DNA of 64,000 nucleotides, taken from assembly GCA_963737065.1 (NCBI GenBank), contig CAVTRC010000001.1, forward strand, positions 672,001 to 736,000, read 5' to 3'. The notes beneath the pieces were generated by a model. It saw only the letters and a list, made by a program, of their open reading frames with translations, did no database searches and was not told the origin of the DNA. Position 1 is the first letter of the stretch. The number at the start of each line of letters is the position of its first letter. The position numbers and the translations under genes are program-made. Of this stretch, positions 29,915-39,038 are shown piece after piece. This DNA comes from Candidatus Eremiobacteria bacterium. Lineage in GTDB: Bacteria; Vulcanimicrobiota; Vulcanimicrobiia; Vulcanimicrobiales; Vulcanimicrobiaceae.

Positions 29915-30525
29915 TGCGGCGGCTCTTCGCCGGTATCGAGCTCGACGACGCAACGTGCGCGCTCTGCGTCGACGTCCAGCAGCGTTTGCAGCGAGCCGCA
30001 TTCGACGCGAAATATGAGGCGCCCGAGAAACTGCACGTCACGCTCGCATTCTTGGGCAACGTGGGTGAGGAAAAGGTCGCAAGCGTCGAAGACGTGCTCG
30101 CGGCAACGGCCGCCTCGGCGTCGCCCTTCGAACTGACGCTCGATCGGGTCAGCGCGTTTCCGAACGAGCGGCGGCCGCGAATCGCGTTTGTCGGCTCGCG
30201 CGGCGGCAGCGTCCCGTTTCGTTCGCTGTGCGATGCGTTGCGCGAACGCTACCGGCGGCTCGGGTTCGCATTCAACGAAGACGCCGTCGCGCACGTTACG
30301 ATCGCGCGCGTAAAAGGTGGATCGCTACGCGCTCTACCGATACTCGAGCTTGCGGCTCACGCACTGGCCGTCCGCAACATCGTGCTCTTCGAGTCACTGC
30401 CCGCGCAGAACACGACCCGCTACGAAGTTCGCCGAAGAGCGCCCTTTGCAAGCCCGCCGTATGAAGAGCCGATCGACGACTTTGAAAATCGACCGTACCG
30501 CGGCATATACGACGACGATCATTGA
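29914..30525 (+). CDS. thpR: RNA 2',3'-cyclic phosphodiesterase (2H family)
   Basis: RLFAGI start; two HxT motifs (LHVTL, AHVTI); LFES. Confidence 0.88.
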   Translation: MRRLFAGIELDDATCALCVDVQQRLQRAAFDAKYEAPEKLHVTLAFLGNVGEEKVASVEDVLAATAASASPFELTLDRVSAFPNERRPRIAFVGSRGGSVPFRSLCDALRERYRRLGFAFNEDAVAHVTIARVKGGSLRALPILELAAHALAVRNIVLFESLPAQNTTRYEVRRRAPFASPPYEEPIDDFENRPYRGIYDDDH

Positions 30526-31104
30526 AGCGGGTAAAACGGATCGCGGTTCGGAGAAGCTTCGGAAGCGGTTCGTTGAGGCTTGCGCCGACGCGGCAGCGCA
30601 GCGTCGAACGCCGGAAGAAGCCGCGATTGCACGTGCGCATGTTCGCGCTCGACGGGGCGTCATGCGCCGGCGCGCGATCGTGATTTCCATGGCGGTAGTG
30701 ACGAGAACTTTGAAGGACGCGTTCCGCGCCTTGCCGGCGCGGAAATTAGCGTCCAGCACGTCGGGCTCGGTGATGCGCTTTTGACGGCGCTCCTCCGCGA
30801 CGATCCGTCCAAACTCTACACCATCCCGCCCTAGCATGAGGTGAACGTCGGCACGTTGACCGTGTTTCTCAACGCGATACTGAGGAAAGTGCGCCCGCAA
30901 ACTCTCCGCGAGGCGCTGCTCGTGCGCGAGACCACGTTTACTTGGCGTTATCGCGCGCTTCGCGAGGTTCAGATTTACGTGGTGCGCAATTTCGTCGGCG
31001 TGCTGTTCTTTGAAGCGTTGCCGTTCTGCGCGTGCGCCGGCTTTGCGAGCGTCTGCGGGGTTTAGCTTCGCGCATCGTAGCGCGCGCTGAACGTTTCGCC
31101 GCAT
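30394..31104 (-). pseudogene. Degenerate DUF2130-like (PD-(D/E)xK nuclease-like) remnant
   Basis: Core GLAHEQRLAESLRAHFPQYRVEKHGQRADVH..GRIVAEERR..VLVTTA resembles DUF2130; ends are not protein-like and the ORF overlaps thpR by 132 bp. Confidence 0.45.
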
Positions 31105-31329
31105 CCGCAGACCGCCTTACCGTGGTCGCTGCTCCTCAACCCTGGTCAAGCGACACAGCTCCTGCGCAATGCGTTTGTTCTCGGCGTCACAGATGCGTCG
31201 ACGTACTCATCGAAGAAGCGTACATCCGCGACGTGCGAGCGCGGTGGCATTACCCCGGTGGCCGCCGAGTGTCGGACCACGCGAAAGCGGGCGCCCGCCT
31301 ACCGAAAGTCGCCGGACCCGTCAGCCACC

Positions 31330-31393
31330 CTTGCGTCTAGCTTGCTTTGAGCTTGCAGTTTACTTGCAGTCGCGCCTGTGTCATTGGTACACT
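31330..31393 (+). promoter_or_regulatory. Sigma70-like promoter with four phased CTTGC direct repeats (putative operator)
   Basis: CTTGC at 31330, 31341, 31352, 31363; TTGCAG (31364)-18 bp-TACACT (31388) with upstream TG. Confidence 0.6.
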
Positions 31394-31402
31394 ATGCAGG
31401 TG

Positions 31403-31969
31403 ATGAGCAAAAGTAAGTCCGGCAAGCGCGGCAAAGTCACGACCCGCAAGACTGTGGGTCGAAAGGCCAACGTCTACACCCACACCGGGCCGCGACGGAT
31501 CGAGGGTCCTGGTATCTCGTTTCCCGTTGTAAAACTGGACGCGCGCCGAATGGCGAGTGCTTTGGAACGCACGTACCGGACTCAGGGCTCGCGCGAGTTG
31601 GTTACAATCAAGGATCTCTTCCAATTGACATCGTCCGAACTCGGCGTGCTATTTGGCAATGTCAGCCGTCAGGCGATTGACCAATGGTTTGAGAATGGTG
31701 TTCCGACGGAACGCGTTGCCGACGTGGATCGCGTAGCCGAAGTCGCGGAGGCTCTCGGACGCACGTTCAAAACGCAGCGTCTGCCTGCGATCGTGCGCGG
31801 CCCGATGGCCGTTTTCGACAATCGAAGCATCTTTGATGTTCTACGCACGGACGGCGTTGGACCGTTGCACGAGTTTTTCCGGCGCTTGGAGGCACTGATC
31901 CCCGGTGCGGAGCCAATCCGCGCGGGAGAATATGCGACAGGGAAGGTCGCGCACGTTGCTTCGGGTTAG
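31403..31969 (+). CDS. Xre/MbcA/ParS-type antitoxin (HTH + C-terminal toxin-binding domain)
   Basis: HTH-like LTSSELGVLFGNVSRQAIDQW; C-terminal IVRGPMAVFDNRSIFDVL; directly upstream of RES gene; alternative ATG at 31394. Confidence 0.7.
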   Translation: MSKSKSGKRGKVTTRKTVGRKANVYTHTGPRRIEGPGISFPVVKLDARRMASALERTYRTQGSRELVTIKDLFQLTSSELGVLFGNVSRQAIDQWFENGVPTERVADVDRVAEVAEALGRTFKTQRLPAIVRGPMAVFDNRSIFDVLRTDGVGPLHEFFRRLEALIPGAEPIRAGEYATGKVAHVASG

Positions 31970-32603
31970 ACGCGGCGGTTCGTACCTTCGTGCCCTTGGA
32001 CCGAGAAGCAGCTGGAGCGGCCGTCCCGATGATACGAGTTACTCGAAATCGAGCGGCGGCCGCTGGAATCCCAAGGGAGAGTTCGGCGCGCTTTACCTGA
32101 GCCGCGGTGCCGACGTTGCGCTTGCGAACGGCATTGAAATCGTCAACTCGATGCTTGCGGGCGTCGCGTCCGTAGCTGATTTAATTGCAGACCCGAGGAC
32201 GATGTTCGAGGTTCAAGAGTTCGCGGTGAGAACGAGCGCGTTTGTCGATGCTGTGACAGCAAAGGGCTGCGCTGCGCTATCGCTTCCGGCTGCTCCCAAG
32301 AAGGGCGTCGGTTATACTAAGACCCGAGCGATTGGTAAGGCTGCGTACGCCGCTGACGAGAACGGTATCGCCTGCGTGTCTGCGGTGAAGAACCACGATG
32401 AGGAGCTCGCGATCTTTGACTCGCATTCACCAACGCTCGCGACGACGCGCGGCGCTCGCGTTACATTCGCCGCATGGACGGCCGCACACGTGTCTACGGC
32501 GCGTGGAACGAGAAAGAAGAAAAAGACGACTCGCCCTGCCGGGAAAGGTACGAGCACAAAATCGACTCGCGGACCCGCGGCGCGGACTAAGAAAAAAAGC
32601 TAG
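31956..32603 (+). CDS. RES domain toxin-like protein with Lys-rich tail
   Basis: YLR, GGRWNPKGEFGALYLS, GIACVSA, LAIF motifs; TTG start after GGAAGG, overlaps antitoxin. Confidence 0.8.
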   Translation: MLRVRRGGSYLRALGPRSSWSGRPDDTSYSKSSGGRWNPKGEFGALYLSRGADVALANGIEIVNSMLAGVASVADLIADPRTMFEVQEFAVRTSAFVDAVTAKGCAALSLPAAPKKGVGYTKTRAIGKAAYAADENGIACVSAVKNHDEELAIFDSHSPTLATTRGARVTFAAWTAAHVSTARGTRKKKKTTRPAGKGTSTKSTRGPAARTKKKS

Positions 32604-33061
32604 CCTTTCCGTTGCGACAAGTACGCACCTAATTCGGCAACAACGTCGCGCGGCATACGCGGGGCGTCTTTCGTGCCGCTTAGCGCTTCAGCGCGCGGAT
32701 CAGACGTTGCGATCATCCACTTGCATTTTGACACGAGCATCATTACGCGAAGAAAGTCGCGATCCGGTCTCAGATATCGTGCAGTACGGAACGTAGCCCG
32801 TGCTGCCCGCCGTGTCGTCAATCATCCAGCCGATTTCCTGGTCGAAGCAAGCCTGCGTGTTGTTGAAACCACAGAGGCCTAAGTCTTCCTTGCCGCTCTT
32901 TTGGTGCCATATGTAACGTTGACTTGCCACTGTCACGTTTGCGCTCGTTTCTGGCCACCGTTACGAACGGCGTGACCGCTTGCGGGTCGACGACTACCGT
33001 AACGTTCGCCGTTTCTCCGGCGGTGGAAGCAACTCGCATTGAGCAATTATCCGTGTGAACC

Positions 33062-34330
33062 CTAACGCGAACCGCCTCGACGTGTAATCATCATTTGCGC
33101 GAAAAGCGCGTTCGGCCAAGCGAAATCGTCACGCGTATAGTGTTCGGGCCAATCCGCATCAAACGACTCATGCAACCGGTGATCCCCTACGTCAGCTGCA
33201 GCGAGATAGCGCAGAACGCGCGTGATCTCACTCTGATCCGTCGATGTGAGGATCTGGATGATGAGCGCGAGCGGCCAGACGTATCCACGCGGAGTGTGCG
33301 GGCTGCCGATGCCTGAAGCGAACTTGCCTTCGAAGTAATACGGATTGCGCGGAGAGAGAATAAACGAGCGCGTCGCTTGATAGACGACATCGCGCGCGCC
33401 GGCGTAGCCGAAATACGGAATTGACAAGAGCGACGGGATATTGGCGTCGTCCATCAGCCGCGTGTGTCCGTAGCCGTCGACTTCATACGCGTACATGCGC
33501 CCGACGCCGGGGATGTTGACGACGCCGTACCGCTCGATTGCGCGATGAATTTGAACGGAAAGCCCCCACGCGTTCGCCGCCATGCGATCGTTGTGGTAGA
33601 TCGCCTTTTCGATTTCGGTGAGATCCTGCAGCACGACGACGCCGAACATGTTGTCGGGAATGTTGAAGTGATAACGCGCCGCGTCGTCCGAAGGTCTGAA
33701 CCCGGTCCACACGAGGCCCGTATACGCGGTCGGTGTTCCGCGACCGCCGTTTCCGAGTTGCGGATGGCGATAGTGCGACCGTTGCGTGTGCCGTTGTTCG
33801 GTGCGCAGCGTCGCGACCACCGTTGAGAACGCGCGCTGCAGTTGCGGCGTGAAGATCGTCCGGTCGTCGGTTGCTTTCCAATACTGGTACGCGAACCAAA
33901 CCGGATAGAGGACCGAGTCCATTTCGAACTTGCGTTCGTCGACGCGGTAATGCTCGGTAAACGCGTTGGCATACGGATCGATCAGAATGTAACGCGCCTG
34001 TCGCGCGATCGTACCGCGCAACATTCCCCGGACGTACGGATCGGTATCGGCCTGGGCGATATACGGCGTCATCGTTGCGCTCGAATCGCGCAGCCACTCC
34101 TCGTCGATATCGCCCGTCGATACGAAGGTCGTTCCGTCGTCTTCGATCGTCGCGTGCCGGCTATACGCTTCGTCGTACGCCACGCGGAAAATGCTTTCCA
34201 GCGTGGCGGTCACTTTCGACATGTGCGCGACGCGATGCGCGCCTGACGAAACGCCGGCGAGTACTAAAATCCCGCACGCAGATGCGAGGACCGTTGTAAC
34301 CGCGAGGTAAGCGCGTTTGAGCGGCTGCAT
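33062..34330 (-). CDS. Glycoside hydrolase family 125 (metal-independent alpha-mannosidase-like), secreted
   Basis: TGDI..WLRDS, DPYANAF, ERKFEMDS, FRPSDDA, YEVDG, MDDANIPSLLS, GSPHT, FAWPNALF. Confidence 0.92.
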   Translation of the reverse strand: MQPLKRAYLAVTTVLASACGILVLAGVSSGAHRVAHMSKVTATLESIFRVAYDEAYSRHATIEDDGTTFVSTGDIDEEWLRDSSATMTPYIAQADTDPYVRGMLRGTIARQARYILIDPYANAFTEHYRVDERKFEMDSVLYPVWFAYQYWKATDDRTIFTPQLQRAFSTVVATLRTEQRHTQRSHYRHPQLGNGGRGTPTAYTGLVWTGFRPSDDAARYHFNIPDNMFGVVVLQDLTEIEKAIYHNDRMAANAWGLSVQIHRAIERYGVVNIPGVGRMYAYEVDGYGHTRLMDDANIPSLLSIPYFGYAGARDVVYQATRSFILSPRNPYYFEGKFASGIGSPHTPRGYVWPLALIIQILTSTDQSEITRVLRYLAAADVGDHRLHESFDADWPEHYTRDDFAWPNALFAQMMITRRGGSR

Positions 34331-34390
34331 TACCTCATAATGCCCAAGCTTCGCTACACGCGCCACGACCAAGGGAGCGCACGCCGTGCC

Positions 34391-35869
34391 CTATCGCCAG
34401 ATCGTTGACTGGTTCAAGATCGCAACGCTTCGACCGTCGAACTTGTGGCAGCGGCTAAGCGAAAACGCGTGAATGATGCGACCGCCCTGCGAGATTTCGA
34501 TCCCCGGCATCGGATCGATCGAACCGCATGCGAGTTGCAAGAGGCGCACCATATCGGGCCGTCGCCAGAGTTGCACGTGATCGAGGTAGATCGTCTGCGT
34601 TGCATGCGGCGCCGTGGGCCATTCCAGTGCTTCACGGCCTTGACTGTTGTATCCGATCACGTAGGGCGGGATGCCGCCGTAGAAATCCAATAGGCTGGAG
34701 AGCCCGTACTCGTCGGTGACGATCAGCGAGCTCGGATACCGCGCTGCCAACGTTGCCGCAAGTGCGCCGTCGCTATAGATTTCGAGCGCGCTCATCGTCG
34801 ATACGTTGCCCGGCAGCGTGTTCGCCAGCCGAACAATAAAGGAGAGCGGCGCGCACGCCAGCAGTAGCGCAGCCGTCGCGACGACGGCCGACGGGACGAA
34901 CGCAGCGATCGACCAGCGCCGCAACACGCTCCCCTGCATGCGAACCGTGAACGGCAGCACGATCAGCGAACACATCGGTCCGGCAAACCAATACACTTCA
35001 ACCGGCTCGAAGAGCGAGAGCGCGACGAGCAGCACACCGAGCGGAGCGGCGCTCGCGCCGAGAAGCCATGGCGCAAGCGCGCTTTCATCGCGCTGCGCGA
35101 AGAGCGAGCGCAGAATCAACGGCGCAAAGAACAGCGCGCCCAGCGCGAGCGCACCGGCGATCGTCGCGAGAAATCGTTCCGGCGAAACGCCCGTAAAATG
35201 ATGGCGTGCCATCACCGCGAATTCGACGCCGGCCCAGCGGTGCAGCGCGTTCCACATGATATACGGGACAACTATGGCGGCGGCCGACATGAGCCCGACC
35301 ACCGCATTGCGCCAATGCGTCCGGCGCAACCGCCGATCGCCGAATACGACCCAAATGATTCCGGCAGCGAGCCCAACGGCGAAGACGCGCGCAAGTCCGG
35401 CGAGCCCGAGTGCAATGCCGGCAAGAACCCACCAGCGAAGTGCACCCTCGCGCAGCGCTCGCAGCGTGCACGCAAGTGACGTCATCCACATTGCGAGAAA
35501 CGGACCGTCGGGCGTCGCGAAATTGAACGCGAGAAGGCCGAGCGGTGTAAGGTTTACCGCGAGCGCCGCCAGTACCGCGCGGCGCGACGATCCCGTTGCA
35601 ACGCGGACGAAATCCCATGCGGCGATCGAAGCGACCACGCCGCACATCAGAAACCCGGCACGCAGGCGAAGCGCGTCGTGCGACACCGACGTAAACGCCG
35701 CGATCAACCACGCAACCATCGGCGGATGGTCGATGTAGCCGAAGGCGAGCCGGCGGCTCCATTCCCAGTAATATGCCTCGTCGCCTCCCACCGGGAAACG
35801 GACGGCGGCGGCAATGCGCAACGCGAACACGCCGATGACGGCGATGTAGAGGATCAGCCCGCGGCGCAC
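34391..35869 (-). CDS. GT39/ArnT-like membrane glycosyltransferase
   Basis: DEAYYWEWSRRLAFGYIDHPPMVAW, TPDGP; many TMs. Confidence 0.88.
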   Translation of the reverse strand: MRRGLILYIAVIGVFALRIAAAVRFPVGGDEAYYWEWSRRLAFGYIDHPPMVAWLIAAFTSVSHDALRLRAGFLMCGVVASIAAWDFVRVATGSSRRAVLAALAVNLTPLGLLAFNFATPDGPFLAMWMTSLACTLRALREGALRWWVLAGIALGLAGLARVFAVGLAAGIIWVVFGDRRLRRTHWRNAVVGLMSAAAIVVPYIMWNALHRWAGVEFAVMARHHFTGVSPERFLATIAGALALGALFFAPLILRSLFAQRDESALAPWLLGASAAPLGVLLVALSLFEPVEVYWFAGPMCSLIVLPFTVRMQGSVLRRWSIAAFVPSAVVATAALLLACAPLSFIVRLANTLPGNVSTMSALEIYSDGALAATLAARYPSSLIVTDEYGLSSLLDFYGGIPPYVIGYNSQGREALEWPTAPHATQTIYLDHVQLWRRPDMVRLLQLACGSIDPMPGIEISQGGRIIHAFSLSRCHKFDGRSVAILNQSTIWR

Positions 35870-35873
35870 GCGA

Positions 35874-36362
35874 TTAGCGCAGACGAATTAGGAGCTTTCC
35901 GTCGTCTGGACTCGCAGGTTCAGACGTTTGCGCGACGGGTTGCGCGTTGCGTTCGGGCGCCGGCATTGCACCATAATCGGGCACTTCGCCCTTCACGACC
36001 TTTTCACGATAGTCGTCGATCGCGACTTTTAACGCTTCGAGCGCGCGCTCGGGGTAATCTTTCTTCTTCTCGGGGTAACCGGCGAGTTGCGCTTCGATGT
36101 CGGCGTTTGTGATCGCGCTCGCTTCAGCGATCGTTTTGCCTTTGCTGAGTTCGACGACGAGACTACACGTCGCGGTGCCGAAGCCGCACCCGGTCGTGAA
36201 GTACGAGATGTCCTCGATAACGGCGCCGGGACCGATCTTTAAAAAGAAGTTGTACATATCGCCGCACGAGTCGCTGAAGTACTCGCCGCTCGCGGTCGGG
36301 TCGTCCATCGTGTGGAAGCCCGGACGGGCCTCGACCAGACGCTGAAACTTGGCAAAATCCAC
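35874..36362 (-). CDS. IscU/NifU-N-like Fe-S scaffold homolog
   Basis: SCGDMY, FTTGCG, KGKTIAEA; third canonical Cys absent. Confidence 0.8.
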   Translation of the reverse strand: MDFAKFQRLVEARPGFHTMDDPTASGEYFSDSCGDMYNFFLKIGPGAVIEDISYFTTGCGFGTATCSLVVELSKGKTIAEASAITNADIEAQLAGYPEKKKDYPERALEALKVAIDDYREKVVKGEVPDYGAMPAPERNAQPVAQTSEPASPDDGKLLIRLR

Positions 36363-36368
36363 GAAAAG

Positions 36369-36998
36369 TTATACTCCCTTGAGTTCGAATTTGCAGCTCT
36401 TACCGCCCTCGCGCAGCGATTCGACTTGGCGGTGTTCGCCGCCGATCGTTTCATCGAGCACGTGGTGGATGACCGAACAGACTTCCGGGTGATCTTTCGC
36501 AACGCCCGAATACGGACAATTGTGCTCTTGGAGCATGAACCCGCCGTCGATCAGACTGTATTCAGCAACGACGCCGCCGTCGCGTAAGACTTCGGTGAGC
36601 TGCGCAACTTTGCCCTCGGCGTCGCTTGCCGTTACTTTTGCTTTCGCTTTCTCCACCGCACGTCGCGCGATGGAGTCGAAAATTTCCTCGACGGCGCTCC
36701 TGCCGTACTTGTCCTTTAGCTCGCGTAACACGGCTGAGAGCATCTTGTCGTACGCTTGCGGAAAGAGTTTATCGGCTCGCGCGGTCAAGGAGAACTCGAG
36801 GGTTGGTTTCGTCGGTCCGCGCCGGACCGACGCCTCTTCAACTAATCCGTCGCGTTGCAGCACGACGAGTTGCTGGCGCACCGCATTGGGGGACAGACCG
36901 AAGCGCGCAGCAAGTTCTGCAGCGGAGGCGGGGCCCCGCCGGCGCAGTTCGGCGACGATCTTGCCGCGTGTGGTCTGAAAAAAGCGGTCGAGCTGCAT
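36369..36998 (-). CDS. sufR: SufR-like HTH transcriptional regulator
   Basis: ELAARFGLSPNAVRQQL..L.RDGLV, LFPQAY, HNCPY..HPEVC..C; divergent from suf operon. Confidence 0.8.
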   Translation of the reverse strand: MQLDRFFQTTRGKIVAELRRRGPASAAELAARFGLSPNAVRQQLVVLQRDGLVEEASVRRGPTKPTLEFSLTARADKLFPQAYDKMLSAVLRELKDKYGRSAVEEIFDSIARRAVEKAKAKVTASDAEGKVAQLTEVLRDGGVVAEYSLIDGGFMLQEHNCPYSGVAKDHPEVCSVIHHVLDETIGGEHRQVESLREGGKSCKFELKGV

Positions 36999-37038
36999 GG
37001 GGTTTCGTGGGTATCCTATCACGGCTCGCCGAGATAGT

Positions 37039-37077
37039 AAAGTAAATCCTTGACTTTCTGCCCTTATCGGCTATAAG
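37039..37077 (+). promoter_or_regulatory. suf operon promoter with inverted repeat over -35 (putative SufR operator)
   Basis: TTGACT (37050)-16 bp-TATAAG (37072); AAAGTAAA-TCC-TTGACTTT 7/8 palindrome at 37039-57. Confidence 0.65.
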
Positions 37078-37138
37078 CTACTCAGGCACCGTTCCGCGCG
37101 GTCCCGGTGCCAATATTTTCCGACAGGAGTGAGCACGC

Positions 37139-37909
37139 GTGTCCGAACAGGGCCTCCGAATTTCCGGCCTGCACTGCAGCGTCGACGGCAATGAAATCTT
37201 GAAGGGTATCGACCTCACGGTCGAACCCGGCAGCGTCCATGCATTGATGGGCCCGAATGGCAGCGGCAAATCGACGCTCGCGTTCTCTCTGACGGGACAT
37301 CCAAAATACGATGTGACGAGTGGAACGGCGACGCTGGATGGCGAGGATCTGCTCGCGCTTCCCGCGGACAAGCGCGCGCGCGCCGGACTTTTTCTATCCT
37401 TTCAATATCCCGCTGCGATCCCGGGCGTTAAGGTCCCCAACTTTCTCTATGCCGCGCGTCAAGCGGAGCGTCCCGGTCAGCTCACGCCGTCGAAATTCCG
37501 CGCGCTGCTGCTTGAGAAGATGGACGTCCTCGGCATGGATCCCTCGTTTCTCGGCCGGTACTTGAACGACGGCTTCTCGGGCGGTGAAAAGAAGCGGCTC
37601 GAAATGCTGCAAATGACCGTGCTGGCGCCGAAATATGCGATTCTCGACGAAACCGATTCCGGTCTCGACGTCGACGCGCTCAAAGATGTCGGCGAATCGG
37701 TGAAAGGCCTGCGAGAGAGCGACGAAGGCAAGAACACCGGCTTCCTCATCATCACGCACTATCCGCGCATTTTACAGCACGTCGAACCCGACGTCGTGCA
37801 TATCATGATCGACGGCCGGATCGTCAAGACCGGCGATGCCGCACTCGCGCACCGTATCGAACGCGAAGGGTACGATGTCATTCGCGAGGAGACGCGCGCT
37901 CTTGCCTAG
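37139..37909 (+). CDS. sufC: Fe-S cluster assembly ATPase SufC
   Basis: GPNGSGKST, FLSFQYP, GFSGGEKKR, LDETDSGLDVDAL. Confidence 0.96.
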   Translation: MSEQGLRISGLHCSVDGNEILKGIDLTVEPGSVHALMGPNGSGKSTLAFSLTGHPKYDVTSGTATLDGEDLLALPADKRARAGLFLSFQYPAAIPGVKVPNFLYAARQAERPGQLTPSKFRALLLEKMDVLGMDPSFLGRYLNDGFSGGEKKRLEMLQMTVLAPKYAILDETDSGLDVDALKDVGESVKGLRESDEGKNTGFLIITHYPRILQHVEPDVVHIMIDGRIVKTGDAALAHRIEREGYDVIREETRALA

Positions 37910-39038
37910 CCAACTGCTCGAGAGCGACCGGGAGAGCGCGCTCGAACGCTTTCGCACAACGCGCAGCGGACGCGAAAAACCGAGCCGTTATTGGAAGTTC
38001 GACGTCGAGACGCTCGACGTACCGATCCCGATCGGAACGCCGGGCGGTTCGGTCGAGATCACCGCGCCGCCAGGACGCATCATCGCATGCGATCTGCAGA
38101 CGGCGCAGCGCGAACATGCGCCGCTGCTCGAGCGCGCGTTCGGCAAGGCCGTTGAGCCGTCGATGAAGTTCGCGCACCTCGCGCGCGCGTTCACGCATCT
38201 GGGAGCGTTCGTCTATATTCCGCCCGATTGCGCGTCGGACGATCCGATCGTCATCCGCTATCGCAGCGCGGGGAGCGAGGCGATCTTTCCGCACACCGTT
38301 GTGTTCGCCGAGCGTGGTTCCCGCGCAACCGTCATCGAACATCTCGACGTCGACGGCGGCACGTTCGTATGCGGTATCGCCGAGATCGTCACTGGCGCAT
38401 CGGCCGACGTCACATACGCCGCGCCGCAACTCGCCCCGGAGAGCGCGCGAATTCTCTTCACGCGTGCCGCGCTTCCCGGCCGCGACGCCCGCATCGCGTG
38501 GGCAACGGCGGATCTCGGCGCTTCGCTCAGCGTCGCGGACATTGCCGTAATTGCCGAACAGCCGGGCATCGACGCGAACGTCGCCTCACTCTTCTTTCCC
38601 GGCGGATCGCAGCACGTCGATATCGTCAGCGCGGTCGACCATCGCGTCGGTGAAACGACGTCGCAGACGGTCGTCAAAGCGGCCGCGACCGGCGCGGGCC
38701 AAGGACGGTATCTCGGCAACATCCGCATCGCCGCGCGCGCGCAACAAACGCAGGCGAGCCTGCGCGACGACGCGCTGCTGCTATCCAAGCGCGCGCACAT
38801 TGATTCCATTCCGGCCCTGGAGATCGCGGCAAACGACGTGAAGGCATTTCACGGCGCGACGGTCGGCGCGCTCGACGACGACGCGATCTTCTACATGACG
38901 AGCCGCGGTATCGATCGCGCAAGCGCCGAGCGGATGATCGCGCTCGGGTTCTTCGAACCCGTCATCGAACGTTTTCCGTCAGAATCGCTGCGCGAGACGA
39001 TCCGCGAAGCGCTCCAGCGAAAAGTGCAAGCGGTATGA
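37902..39038 (+). CDS. sufD: Fe-S cluster assembly protein SufD
   Basis: PALEIAANDVKAFHGATVG, FYMTSRGI, LGFF; TTG start after GAGGAG. Confidence 0.88.
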   Translation: MPSQLLESDRESALERFRTTRSGREKPSRYWKFDVETLDVPIPIGTPGGSVEITAPPGRIIACDLQTAQREHAPLLERAFGKAVEPSMKFAHLARAFTHLGAFVYIPPDCASDDPIVIRYRSAGSEAIFPHTVVFAERGSRATVIEHLDVDGGTFVCGIAEIVTGASADVTYAAPQLAPESARILFTRAALPGRDARIAWATADLGASLSVADIAVIAEQPGIDANVASLFFPGGSQHVDIVSAVDHRVGETTSQTVVKAAATGAGQGRYLGNIRIAARAQQTQASLRDDALLLSKRAHIDSIPALEIAANDVKAFHGATVGALDDDAIFYMTSRGIDRASAERMIALGFFEPVIERFPSESLRETIREALQRKVQAV

